The notes beneath the pieces were generated by a model that made no database searches, was not told where the DNA came from, and worked only from the letters and a program-made list of their open reading frames with translations. A stretch of 55,913 nt of DNA from a virus. The DNA lies in IMG/VR virus record IMGVR_UViG_3300017751_000001. One strand, given 5' to 3'. The position numbers and the translations under genes were made by a program. Each line of letters begins with the position of its first letter. Within the stretch, counting starts at the first letter, position 1. Below are positions 25,534 to 35,594 of this stretch, in pieces.

Positions 25534-26121
25534 TTAGATTAAACTCCAATCTTGACCTTTTTCGTAACCAAACCAGCAAACTATCGAATAACGTATACCT
25601 TTAGTTACTGGTGTCACTTCATGTGGATATAAAAAATTACTTGGATATATGTGAACAGAGTTAGATTTCTTTTCCAAGTCTATTGTTTTCCAGAACCTAA
25701 GTTCTCCACCCTCATAATCATCATTTATACCATATGAAACTGTAACTGAACCAGCATCACCGTTAAGATCCGCATGATATGTTATTCTTCCAGTTTCGGG
25801 ATACTTACATAACCAGTATCCGCTATATTTATTATAAAGATCCATTTCTTCAGGCAGAAAATCCTCATAGTCTGAATATACTATGGGAATAGTCTTTAAC
25901 ATCACCTTATGGCATAAATTCCACAACTCTTCCTCATCACCAGAACGTGACAGGCATACATGAAATCTACATGTTTCTGTATTTTTCATATTATAAAATT
26001 CATCTCCGTTTGGTCTATCGATCTTACCAAAATCAAACTGATCACACAAAGTTATAAATCTTTGGTGATCCTTTTCGTTAAGAATATTGTTATGTGTATG
26101 GATATAATTTTGTAATTTCAT
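25534..26121 (-). CDS. 2OG-Fe(II) oxygenase (prolyl-hydroxylase-like)
   Basis: HAD, YEGGEL.F, YPSNFLYPHEV.PV..G.RYS. Confidence 0.88.
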   Translation of the reverse strand: MKLQNYIHTHNNILNEKDHQRFITLCDQFDFGKIDRPNGDEFYNMKNTETCRFHVCLSRSGDEEELWNLCHKVMLKTIPIVYSDYEDFLPEEMDLYNKYSGYWLCKYPETGRITYHADLNGDAGSVTVSYGINDDYEGGELRFWKTIDLEKKSNSVHIYPSNFLYPHEVTPVTKGIRYSIVCWFGYEKGQDWSLI

Positions 26122-26882
26122 TCAGTAAAATACTTGGGGCTAATAAATCCAGATAAACTTATTCGTGGACTCTCTTTATACCAGTCAATTTTCATTAAAG
26201 AACTGTGAAAAACATATGCTGGATATAGAATTAATCTATTGAATTTCATAGGTTCATAATGATATTCTTCCCAAGCATCATCCATTCCATTAGAGTCGAA
26301 ATTTACATATTCGTCTTTCGTATCCCTCATTTTTTCAAATTGCCATTCTTTATATTTCCAATATTCTGAAGTTCTTTTGAATGATTTATCAACATTTTGT
26401 AGATTTATTTCTCCTGCGTCAGCATGTCTGTAGAATGCAGTACCGCCGTTTTGTTCATCTTTATTCAAATACAATACAAATGCCATCATTGCTGGATCTA
26501 CATGAGGTTGTAGACATTTTCTTGCACACTGCACACCACCATGCAGTACATTAATCTGATAGTTCCAACGATATTCATCTAATTTATCTTCTGGAATATC
26601 AAAATCCGTATACAAATCTAGCAATTGTGTAGCTGCTGAGTCAATCTCAGGGAATCTATTAGGTACATAACCGAACCATCCAGGCAGTAAAGATTCGGAT
26701 TCCATACTATTCAATACCAGGGGAGTGGATTGAATATATTCTGATATTAACCTATCAGGATCCATTAAAAAATCATCAACAACAACTAGAGGGTGATTTT
26801 TTTCCCCTATCTTTTTGTTATTGATGATAGCATCCGCATTGACCCTAATATTTTCGGGTTCTACATAATTTAAATTCATCAT
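26118..26882 (-). CDS. DUF6445-like 2OG-Fe(II) oxygenase-fold protein
   Basis: VVDDFLMDP, PHVD, LYLN, GGTAFYRH, FNRLILYP..FHS. Confidence 0.75.
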   Translation of the reverse strand: MMNLNYVEPENIRVNADAIINNKKIGEKNHPLVVVDDFLMDPDRLISEYIQSTPLVLNSMESESLLPGWFGYVPNRFPEIDSAATQLLDLYTDFDIPEDKLDEYRWNYQINVLHGGVQCARKCLQPHVDPAMMAFVLYLNKDEQNGGTAFYRHADAGEINLQNVDKSFKRTSEYWKYKEWQFEKMRDTKDEYVNFDSNGMDDAWEEYHYEPMKFNRLILYPAYVFHSSLMKIDWYKESPRISLSGFISPKYFTE

Positions 26883-26899
26883 AAAATACCCATTTTTAG

Positions 26900-26907
26900 T
26901 ATTTATT
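26900..26907 (-). promoter_or_regulatory. T4-type late promoter
   Basis: AATAAATA overlapping the fibre stop codon. Confidence 0.55.
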
Positions 26908-29900
26908 TCAGTTTTTTAATCTCCTCTCTGAGGGAATCAATCTGATCAGATTGTTCCTTAATTGCTTCAATAAGCAAAGGAACAATCTTTTCATACTTAA
27001 CGGTTAGGTAACTGTCGTGTGCAGAATCAGTAACTGCTTCAGGTAGAACTTTTTCAACCTCTTGTGCAGAAACACCAACATGGTCAATTGTTGTATCTTT
27101 ACCAAATTCATCAAGAGCACGTTCGTTAAAGTTGAATGTAAAACCATTCAAAGAACGTACTTTTTCTAGAGCATTTGCAATAGTATTTCTATTGGTCTTC
27201 AGTCGATCATCTGATACGAAAGCAACAACGTCTCCTTTTATTCTTAAGTCATTGGAGTTTGAGTCGTAGGATATTCCAGAATCAACTCTCATTCTAGTGT
27301 ACGCACCACCCCCCGCATTGCCTTTCTGTAGAATAAGATAGTGTGGACCAGAGTCATTCCCTAAACCATTGACCAGAACGTCATCGGTTTTACCCGCCTT
27401 GCCAGTTGTATCTTGGTTTAGTGTTGGAACCACTGAAGCATCAAGTGTTCCTCCTACGATATCATCAGCACTGATTTCAGGAACTACACTAGAAGGTAGT
27501 GTTCCTGTTGTGATGTTTGATGCGTTTAGGTTAGTGACCTCGGAACCATTACCAATAAATTTACCCCTGAAATTAGGAGCATAAACTGAACTATTCTCGT
27601 ATTTGAAATTACTGACTACAACAGTTTGGTTTTCACCAACGTTATGTAAAATGCCTTTGAGCTTATCAACACTCTGTGCCTTAGTCGCATTAGAGGCAGT
27701 TCCTGTTAAATTACCAGTAACGTTACCAGTGATTGTACTACTTACGTTGAGTGTGCCACTAAATGATCCATTACTACCACTTATAGTTCCTCCACTGAAA
27801 CTATTTGCGGTAATAATATTACCTTTAAAGTTGCCAGAACTATCTCGGGAAACAATACTAGCACTACTTTGATTAGTAGAAGACGTATTCATTCCATCAA
27901 GTAAGTCTGCATTAAAGTTGGTGACTTTAGTTGTAGATACACACTTGAATGGTGCGTTACCAGTGGCACAAGTAGATTCAAATTGGAATGATTTTACTTT
28001 ACCATTAGTACCACAATTAATATCCAGTTGAGTGACACCATTAGCAGTATATCCATTCAGATATCTGATCTTAGCATCGGCACCTTGGTCACCACTACTA
28101 TTACCAACTTCCAACTTAGGTGTTTTGATAATACCACTGGAAGAAGGTTCCATGGTAAGTTCTTGCGATGTGATATTGTTAATCGTCGCAGAAGAACCAC
28201 TATCAGTACAAGTAATTGTTGATGTTGCAGTAATTGCCGTACAATTAATAGTAAGAGTACTAGCAGTTTTTGGATTTAATGTAGTTGCTTTAACATCATT
28301 AAATATTGCAGTTGGACCTACAATTTGCTGATCAAATTCAATTTCCCTAATTCTTGCAACAGAAGATCCACCCTGAACTTCTAGATCTCCAGTCAAAGTT
28401 AGATCTGTACCAGAACCAGTAGTATAATTAAGAGTCTTAATAGTGGCACTAGATCCACCATCAGTAACAGTCAGGTTATTTGTTACCTCAAAGTTAGTTG
28501 CAATACCAGATTGAATTTTTGGTTGATTTAGATGAGAGACAGAAGGTGCATGGAAGTTGGTAATAACACCAACATTGATATATGCACTAGTAATAGCAAC
28601 TCTCGAAACACCTTGATATGTTTCACCACCGCCTTGTACTGGTAGTGCTACACTTCCTCCACCAGTATCATCTGGCATACCAGGACCAGTAAGACTTACA
28701 ATGTTTGCATGGCCATTAAGTGTAGATCCTGATCTATTACCAATTGTCAGAACTCCACCAGGTCCAGTAGTTCCAACATTGAAATCAGTAGCAAAACCAG
28801 TTTGAACTACAAGATCTTCAGCAAAGAACTTACCACTACCATTCAGTGGATCTTGTTCTCTTACAGATATGTTACTACAGGTAATGTCACCCTTGATTGA
28901 GTTAATACCAGTGTAACCAGAAGTAATTTCTCCTAGGAAATCAACCTTACAATTGGATTTGAAGGAAACATAAGTACCAACAACTTCCATATCGTGAAGT
29001 CTGGATGTGCCTCCCTCATGTACTTGAGTATAGTATCCATAAGTTTCCCACTTAATACCCTCATCGGAGAATCCACCAGAGAAATTATAAGCATAGAAGT
29101 TTGCAAGTTGTCTAACAACAATGGAGTCATAAGTAACACCAGAGAATGTCTGATTAGATGCAAATGTAACAATACCAGCAACAAATAGGTGATCTAGTTT
29201 AGTTACACCATTAACTTCTAGAGTATCTCTCCATCGGAAAGTAGAACCATCACTAGCACCAATAGATACTTGATCTACGGTGTAGAAGTTTCTATGCTTC
29301 TCTCTAGAAATAACACCAAATCTTCTCCAATCACCCTCGGCATAAATGTGTCCAACATACCCACCATTATCAGGAATACCAATGAATGAAAGGTCACCTG
29401 ATCTCTTAGCACCTGTTGGAGTTTGAATACCAACTGTCATCAATTTACCCTGAGGTGCATTACCTCTCAGGAAGAAGTTCTTAGTTTCAATGCCGGCATC
29501 CGAACTATTAGCAAGTTTTTCGGTGAAGTTTACAGGACCATAGAATTGGGATGTTCTATTGTTATTATCACCACCCTCAACCGTAATTGATTCCCTAACA
29601 AGTAGTTCATCAAATACACCAGAAACTCTCTTAGTTCCTTCTGCCTCAGCATCATCTCCAGTATATGAGAAGATGGGTGCGCCAACAACTTCTTCTTCAC
29701 CAGTAATAGACGATAACCTCTTATATCCAGTATAGAAGTCACCACTGTCATTCATTCCAGTGTATACAACTTTACCACCATCAAGTTCTTTCTTTTGTGC
29801 GGCAAGTGTTTCTATATCTGTTAGAACTCTATCCTGTTTTTGTGGCAGAGATGTTGAGTAGTTACCAGATCCATAACCTAGATATTCAAATGTATGTCCA

Positions 29901-32900
29901 GACGCACGGAGAATAGATGGTCTACGAAGTTCCATTGGAAGAACTGCAATCTTCTTGATAGTTGATCCAACTGGTGCTGAGGTATTAACTGTACCAAACT
30001 GACCACGAAGAACACTATTAATATTATCACTGGTGAAACGCATGATTTCTGAACCAATGACAATATAATCTCCTTTACTAAATCCTTCTGTCGAAGTAAG
30101 AGTAAGTACAGTATCAGTAGAAGTGATTGGAGCATCAACAGTGGTGGAAATACCAGCATAGAAATAAGATGCTCTACCTGCAAGATTATTTTCACCAAGA
30201 CCTAGAGTCTTAGAGTTTGCACTGATACCAGTACCAAATAGTCTAGTATTAATTGTGTCATATGCAGTTATGAAACCAACAGTATGAACACCAACACTGA
30301 AGTGAATACTCCTTAGTGGATTATCATTGTCAACATCATCAACGATAAAGATGTTATCATCCCAATTACCATTTCCAGTTCCCTGAATAGTAAAACAGTT
30401 ACCAGCAACCAAAGTATGGTTAGCATCTGTTAGAAGTTTTACAGAGCCTTCATCTCTGTCAATAACATCAATGTAAGTTACTCCAACACCAATATTTGCA
30501 TGATGATATGTTGGGAGTCTTCTGTCATCTCTGACAGTGAAGTATGGTCCTAGTCCTCTAGATTGTGGAATTTCTACAGAGATTGACTTAGAACTTGGAA
30601 TGTCTACAATTTTAAATGTTCCATTCAGAATAGGATCTGCGAAACCAGATAGGTGCATACCATCATAGATGTTATCAAATACACCAGTAACTTCAACAAC
30701 AGCATTAGTTGTAGGAGATCCTGCTGGGAAAGCAGAGATAGTCATGGTATTACCAATACCATAACCAGTACCACCATCAAGAATCTCTACACTTGTTACA
30801 GTACCAGCGGCAGAAATTTGTACTTTAGCTGATGATTGTTTGCCAGTTAAAGCAACGTTTTCGAGATCTGCAGCATAGATAACAGTCGAAATACCAGAAC
30901 CGTTATTATATCCAGAACCAGGCTCGATAATATTAAGACTCTTAATCTGATTGAATCTATGTTCTGAATCCGTGAACATTGTAAGAGTGGTGTTACCCGT
31001 ACCAGTGACAACTGCACCAGTTACAGCATAACCAACTCTCTGACCTTGCATGAAATATGACAGTGCCTCACGAGTCAAAGAGTTCTGTCTATTATTAGAA
31101 ATTACGTTACCAATAACACTTGCATTAGCATGAGTGATAGATGGTTGTGGATCAGATGTATAGTTGTCTCTATCTTGTTGAGGATATAGATTTCTAATAT
31201 CCTGCGAGAAGGACTTAGTAGATACACCGAAACCAAGATCCTTATCCAAAGGAATAGAACCACAAACGAGAGTTAGGTTATATACACCATCTTGTCCAGA
31301 AGTTCCAGGAATATGTGGTTTAGACTCTTGCACTCTATACACATATAGAGAGTCCAATGCTTTAGATCTTTCAACTATAGGAAGATCTTCAATTTGTTGT
31401 TGCGTAGTTCTCTCGTTAATTTCATTAAGGAATGCACCAGGATCCGTAGTAATACCAGTAATGGTAAATGCCTTACTAGAAACTACATTATCAATTTCAA
31501 ACTCACCATTAAATCCAACTTTATAGGTATTAAGTGGATTGTTAACGGACTCTACATTTTTAACTTTAACTAAATCACCCTCAATCAATCTGTGAGGAAG
31601 TTCAGTTGTGATCGTAATAGTTGTGCCATTAAAATCAGCACTCTTAATGATCTTAACATTCTTAAGTTGAGTTGGGTTAGAGAGATCCGCAGTTAGGAAA
31701 GATGCACTACCAATACCAACAGTCTTAGATTCCTGTAGAACAAATCCAGGTTTAGGAGCACGAGCATCAACATGTTCTTTAGGTAGAACATATCTAACAC
31801 GATACAATCTATCGATAAGGGATCTGTTATCTACTCTACGTTTGACGTATGTTGAACCAGTTTCATCACCAATAACACCAGCACCAATAGTTTGAAGTGC
31901 TGGGAAGATCTGGTTAAATGTTTCACTGGGGTGAGCAATAACATACCACTGTGTATTAACATTATCCCATTGAATTGGGTGTCCAGGATCTCCTGGTAAT
32001 TTATCAGTAACTCTAGAAACTACAGTTAGTTCACCACCACCATTAGCCAAACCAGTTAGAGGTCTACGAGCAAGAGCATCATTACGTGTAGATGCTAACT
32101 GAATTCTATTTGCAGCAAGGTTACCACCAGCAATAGCATAGTAGATCTTATCATTAACAATACCGTTTGGAGTTTCTCCAGTATTAGAGAAGATTCTAAT
32201 TTTCTCACCATTATTGAGTTGGTGATTAGTTGTTAGGGTAATAACATTAGAAATAATAGCATTGACACCAGAATTTCTAATAACTTTATAGTCTTTCTCG
32301 GACTCTACACCAGTTCCTGAAGGAACCTGCATAAGAATTGGAGTCTCATAAGTTTCCTGAACTGCCTGACCAGTGAGAGTATTAACAATACTCAAAAATA
32401 GTTTATCTTCCTTCTTGGCACCAATTCTATAAGAGTCAACCTGTGCAGGTGGAACAATTTCTTCTGTATTATAATTAAAGAGATATAGTCTATCAGTAAT
32501 ACCAACACCAACAGTTTTTGGTGTATCAAGTGTCAACCAAGATGCCGTAGTTTCTGCTTTTTGGATTTCTCTTGGGGGTAGAACGTGAGTGATGTATCCT
32601 ACATCATCACGATTAAACGACTCTGGTCTAAATCCTGATGATTCCAGAGCAGTTTGTCCAAAGTTAGAGTTAGAGTTAGTAATTGAAGCATCACCACCTC
32701 TTTCTGCATGGAAATGACGTGCATATGCAATAGCAAAGATGGAAACTAACTGAACAACAGCATTGTTCCTTACTCTCATGTGAGAGGTTTCAAATGTTGG
32801 TTTATAGATTGCTCTTGAGTTTGAGTGTAGAGGTCTATCTGAATCAGATACACTCAGATCATCATTGAAGATTGCAGTGTCGGGATTGTAGAGAATGAAA

Positions 32901-34174
32901 GCATCATCATCTTTCTGAATAGAAATACCCGTAAACTGAGCACAAACCATGGACTTAAATCCAGTGGCTTTATCACCATCACAATCAAGTCCATTGAGAC
33001 CGTATACTGAACGTAGAGAGCAGTTAAAGACGTAAGGTGATGCAGAACCCACAGTATCGGGTTCGATGATTACAGACGAATTCTGGATCTCCTGAGACGT
33101 TGGCAGTGCTGTGATAGGTACACTGGGAGCAAGATATGTGAACTCAGTATCGCTGATAACTTCCTCAACTAGGAAGGATCCGTTGTATGAGTTAACAGAT
33201 GTTGTGATACCAGCAATAAGAACAGGAGTATCCTTGAATAGTCCATGTGCCTTTGTCGTGTCTACAGTGATAATATTATTAGGAGTATTACCGTCACCAG
33301 ACTTAATAGAAGTAATACCAACTGGGTCAGCAGCAAGGTCACCAACAATTCTAAATTCGTCTACACTTGGTTCAAAATCATCGAATGTAGGATAATCGGG
33401 AACAGGTCTACCAGAAGCATCACCATAAGCTTTTGCTACCTTAAAGTAGAACATATCTAGGTCGGTTAACCCAGAATCCTCTCCATTGATTATTACATTA
33501 TTTACACCATCTGCATAGGTAAATGCAGCTAGTTTATGGTGAGAACATGTAGGAACCTTTGTGTTACTATCATAGTCATAGTATGCGGTTCTAGAAATAT
33601 CTGCATCAAAGATCGTGAAAGCGGTAAAGTAACAAGTACCAGTAACACGAAGAATACCACTATATAATTGGTTATCATCTAGTGCATCGGGTACATATAA
33701 TGGTCTCAGTTTAGTTTTACGAAGATCCAATCCAATGATAGAAGTACCACGGGGGAGAATTGATCCGCCTTCCGTGGAGTTATACTTATAAAGTTCGTTG
33801 TTTGGATCTAGAATATCAAAATTAGTTTCCGAAGTAAACTGAGTCAGATCAGCAGGTTGCCATCCTGCATTTTTCCTAATACTAAATTGAGCAGATCCGA
33901 GATTACTCGTTACAGTATATCCTGGTCTGTTATCAATGTAGTGAATGCCAGGGAAAACCAGAATGGTCGTTCTATCAATTTTGTCATTATTTTTGCCTGT
34001 TTGATAAGAAAATCTAGCAGCTTCAATTAAAGCTCGTTGAATAGTTTTGAATGGTCTCGTCTGTGAGTTACCACGGTTTTCAATACTATCAGTAGCATCA
34101 AAGTCGCTTGGATTTACATATAAAATATTACCTTCAGCGTTCTTTAGAAAATTTTCTAATCTTGATAGAGGCAT
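26903..34174 (-). CDS. Large tail fibre/structural protein with C-terminal peptidase S74 intramolecular chaperone
   Basis: N-terminal ILYVNPSDFDATDS..NRGNS..RPFKTIQRA; G/S/T-rich beta repeats; SDDRLKTN...GVSAQEVEKVLPEAV...YEKIVPLLIEAIKE. Confidence 0.88.
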   Translation of the reverse strand: MPLSRLENFLKNAEGNILYVNPSDFDATDSIENRGNSQTRPFKTIQRALIEAARFSYQTGKNNDKIDRTTILVFPGIHYIDNRPGYTVTSNLGSAQFSIRKNAGWQPADLTQFTSETNFDILDPNNELYKYNSTEGGSILPRGTSIIGLDLRKTKLRPLYVPDALDDNQLYSGILRVTGTCYFTAFTIFDADISRTAYYDYDSNTKVPTCSHHKLAAFTYADGVNNVIINGEDSGLTDLDMFYFKVAKAYGDASGRPVPDYPTFDDFEPSVDEFRIVGDLAADPVGITSIKSGDGNTPNNIITVDTTKAHGLFKDTPVLIAGITTSVNSYNGSFLVEEVISDTEFTYLAPSVPITALPTSQEIQNSSVIIEPDTVGSASPYVFNCSLRSVYGLNGLDCDGDKATGFKSMVCAQFTGISIQKDDDAFILYNPDTAIFNDDLSVSDSDRPLHSNSRAIYKPTFETSHMRVRNNAVVQLVSIFAIAYARHFHAERGGDASITNSNSNFGQTALESSGFRPESFNRDDVGYITHVLPPREIQKAETTASWLTLDTPKTVGVGITDRLYLFNYNTEEIVPPAQVDSYRIGAKKEDKLFLSIVNTLTGQAVQETYETPILMQVPSGTGVESEKDYKVIRNSGVNAIISNVITLTTNHQLNNGEKIRIFSNTGETPNGIVNDKIYYAIAGGNLAANRIQLASTRNDALARRPLTGLANGGGELTVVSRVTDKLPGDPGHPIQWDNVNTQWYVIAHPSETFNQIFPALQTIGAGVIGDETGSTYVKRRVDNRSLIDRLYRVRYVLPKEHVDARAPKPGFVLQESKTVGIGSASFLTADLSNPTQLKNVKIIKSADFNGTTITITTELPHRLIEGDLVKVKNVESVNNPLNTYKVGFNGEFEIDNVVSSKAFTITGITTDPGAFLNEINERTTQQQIEDLPIVERSKALDSLYVYRVQESKPHIPGTSGQDGVYNLTLVCGSIPLDKDLGFGVSTKSFSQDIRNLYPQQDRDNYTSDPQPSITHANASVIGNVISNNRQNSLTREALSYFMQGQRVGYAVTGAVVTGTGNTTLTMFTDSEHRFNQIKSLNIIEPGSGYNNGSGISTVIYAADLENVALTGKQSSAKVQISAAGTVTSVEILDGGTGYGIGNTMTISAFPAGSPTTNAVVEVTGVFDNIYDGMHLSGFADPILNGTFKIVDIPSSKSISVEIPQSRGLGPYFTVRDDRRLPTYHHANIGVGVTYIDVIDRDEGSVKLLTDANHTLVAGNCFTIQGTGNGNWDDNIFIVDDVDNDNPLRSIHFSVGVHTVGFITAYDTINTRLFGTGISANSKTLGLGENNLAGRASYFYAGISTTVDAPITSTDTVLTLTSTEGFSKGDYIVIGSEIMRFTSDNINSVLRGQFGTVNTSAPVGSTIKKIAVLPMELRRPSILRASGHTFEYLGYGSGNYSTSLPQKQDRVLTDIETLAAQKKELDGGKVVYTGMNDSGDFYTGYKRLSSITGEEEVVGAPIFSYTGDDAEAEGTKRVSGVFDELLVRESITVEGGDNNNRTSQFYGPVNFTEKLANSSDAGIETKNFFLRGNAPQGKLMTVGIQTPTGAKRSGDLSFIGIPDNGGYVGHIYAEGDWRRFGVISREKHRNFYTVDQVSIGASDGSTFRWRDTLEVNGVTKLDHLFVAGIVTFASNQTFSGVTYDSIVVRQLANFYAYNFSGGFSDEGIKWETYGYYTQVHEGGTSRLHDMEVVGTYVSFKSNCKVDFLGEITSGYTGINSIKGDITCSNISVREQDPLNGSGKFFAEDLVVQTGFATDFNVGTTGPGGVLTIGNRSGSTLNGHANIVSLTGPGMPDDTGGGSVALPVQGGGETYQGVSRVAITSAYINVGVITNFHAPSVSHLNQPKIQSGIATNFEVTNNLTVTDGGSSATIKTLNYTTGSGTDLTLTGDLEVQGGSSVARIREIEFDQQIVGPTAIFNDVKATTLNPKTASTLTINCTAITATSTITCTDSGSSATINNITSQELTMEPSSSGIIKTPKLEVGNSSGDQGADAKIRYLNGYTANGVTQLDINCGTNGKVKSFQFESTCATGNAPFKCVSTTKVTNFNADLLDGMNTSSTNQSSASIVSRDSSGNFKGNIITANSFSGGTISGSNGSFSGTLNVSSTITGNVTGNLTGTASNATKAQSVDKLKGILHNVGENQTVVVSNFKYENSSVYAPNFRGKFIGNGSEVTNLNASNITTGTLPSSVVPEISADDIVGGTLDASVVPTLNQDTTGKAGKTDDVLVNGLGNDSGPHYLILQKGNAGGGAYTRMRVDSGISYDSNSNDLRIKGDVVAFVSDDRLKTNRNTIANALEKVRSLNGFTFNFNERALDEFGKDTTIDHVGVSAQEVEKVLPEAVTDSAHDSYLTVKYEKIVPLLIEAIKEQSDQIDSLREEIKKLK

Positions 34175-34217
34175 TTTATCTGCTCAATATATTATTCCTT
34201 TTTGTATTTAGACAATG

Positions 34218-34268
34218 AAAAAACCCCTCCAACCCTAAGGTCAGAGAGGTCGCACTTCCTTCACACAT
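34218..34268 (-). ncRNA. Candidate ~50-nt small RNA with intrinsic terminator
   Basis: Promoter TTGCAC-N17-TATAAT, then GTGTGAAGGAAGTGCGA, hairpin CCTCTCTGACC-TTAG-GGTTGGAGGGG, TTTTTT; no ORF. Confidence 0.6.
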
Positions 34269-34272
34269 ACTG

Positions 34273-34301
34273 ATTATATCACAAAAATAGTACCTGTGCA
34301 A
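34273..34301 (-). promoter_or_regulatory. sigma70-type promoter
   Basis: TTGCAC-N17-TATAAT with extended -10 TGn. Confidence 0.75.
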
Positions 34302-34489
34302 ATCATAGTTACTCCATTATGTTTTTTGATTCTGTGCAGATAACCCATTTATAACTCTTTTTCATTTCATTTGCAAACCACTTGGCATTAATTTCGTCAT
34401 CAAAGTATCTGCTCTGTTGTTGAGGAGAAAGTTTTCCTGGTTCGGACCATCGAACAATGTATTTACTCACAAAAATAGTACCTGTGCAA
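34279..34489. repeat. Perfect 23-bp direct repeat (34279-34301 and 34467-34489)
   Basis: TCACAAAAATAGTACCTGTGCAA twice. Confidence 0.9.
34309..34470 (-). CDS. Small hypothetical protein (53 aa)
   Basis: GTG start, MSKYIVRWSEPGKLSPQQQSRYFDDEINAKWFA... Confidence 0.6.
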   Translation of the reverse strand: MSKYIVRWSEPGKLSPQQQSRYFDDEINAKWFANEMKKSYKWVICTESKNIME

Positions 34490-35195
34490 TCCTTTCATTA
34501 TTTTTGAACCATCCAGGAGCCATACTTGGTGCATGTAGAACATCTACAGGGTAAATAAGCATCCTATTATATCTCATTCCAATCTCTGCCTCAATTTTTA
34601 GTGCAGAAGACATTCGTAACGTATCAAACAAACCCTGGTAAGATTCGGTGCATTTATTATCGGCACTTGTTATCTCAGTAAACTGTTTTTCATATAGTAG
34701 AGATCTTTCTAGTCCTTGTTTGTCAAGATAACTATAGAAGTTTGTGCCTCCCTGGCATTCCTCAGGAGTATTCAAATAGATTACAACTCCAAATCTAGAT
34801 GGCAATTGAAACCTCAAATATGTATCTTGGTGAGGAATCAACCCAAAAGGATTATTGACTAGTGTTTGGTTACTAGTAAAGTTTACTAAAAACTCTGCAT
34901 TTCTCCAATTAGTTTCATATGATAACTCATCGTACCAGTTATTCCAGATAGCACGATTTCTAACAAAATCATCAATAACTTCTTTTATATTACGGATATC
35001 TTTGTGTGGAATTGCTAGTCTATCACCAAAGTCGCAGTGTTCATTGATCTTTCCTGCTTCACCTCTACGAGTTAATGCAAATTTTCTAACTTCATCAGGA
35101 TTTTGATAAAGATTATCAATTACCATACATGTAACTGCATTTGGTCCAATACCGTCAAGTTGAGCAACTTCTAACGCATTACCGATCTCAAACAT
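34467..35195 (-). CDS. DUF6445-like 2OG-Fe(II) oxygenase-fold protein
   Basis: VIDNLYQNPDEVR, PHQD, IYLN.PEECQGGT.FY, YNRMLIYP..LHAP. Confidence 0.75.
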   Translation of the reverse strand: MFEIGNALEVAQLDGIGPNAVTCMVIDNLYQNPDEVRKFALTRRGEAGKINEHCDFGDRLAIPHKDIRNIKEVIDDFVRNRAIWNNWYDELSYETNWRNAEFLVNFTSNQTLVNNPFGLIPHQDTYLRFQLPSRFGVVIYLNTPEECQGGTNFYSYLDKQGLERSLLYEKQFTEITSADNKCTESYQGLFDTLRMSSALKIEAEIGMRYNRMLIYPVDVLHAPSMAPGWFKNNERIAQVLFL

Positions 35196-35220
35196 ATTTG
35201 CAACAAATTTATATTATATA

Positions 35221-35293
35221 TGGGAGATGTGGGGATCGAACCCACCTTATCCGAATTATGAGCTCGGTGCATTCACCAGATTGCTAATCTCCC
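35221..35293 (-). tRNA. tRNA with CAT anticodon (elongator Met or Ile2)
   Basis: GGGAGAT/ATCTCCC acceptor, CCGAG-CTCATAA-TTCGG anticodon arm, GTTCGATC T loop. Confidence 0.9.
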
Positions 35294-35297
35294 TAAA

Positions 35298-35369
35298 CTC
35301 CCCTTCCTGGGATCGAACCAGGGACCAAACGATTAACAGTCGTTCGCTCTACCGCTGAGCTAAAGAGGA
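35298..35369 (-). tRNA. tRNA-Asn(GTT)
   Basis: TCCTCTT/AAGGGGA acceptor, AACGA-CTGTTAA-TCGTT arm, GGTTCGATCC. Confidence 0.95.
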
Positions 35370-35551
35370 TTGTCTTTTTTATGCGTCTCTAGAAGATATT
35401 CAACAGTGTTTGCTACATCATTCATAGCATCACGAAGCATAGGTTGTTGACCAGAAGTTTGTTCTACTTTAGTAGTGCCATTCTTAAACTCCTCGCAAAG
35501 AGTCCAACGCCATTGACCCATACTATTAGAATACCAAAGATTGATCTTCAT
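35360..35551 (-). CDS. Conserved small hypothetical protein
   Basis: MKINLWYS..MGQWRWTL; GAGG SD; stop overlaps tRNA-Asn 5' end. Confidence 0.7.
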   Translation of the reverse strand: MKINLWYSNSMGQWRWTLCEEFKNGTTKVEQTSGQQPMLRDAMNDVANTVEYLLETHKKDNPL

Positions 35552-35566
35552 GGAACCTCTAGATTT

Positions 35567-35587
35567 AAAGGGGGCATTACACCCCCC
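35567..35587 (-). terminator. Hairpin/terminator after tmRNA
   Basis: GGGGGG-TGTAATG-CCCCC-TTT. Confidence 0.55.
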
Positions 35588-35594
35588 AGAACTA

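Noticed and set aside
22839-34174. Diversity-generating retroelement or invertible fibre switch
   Set aside because: No reverse transcriptase, invertase or TR/VR pair seen
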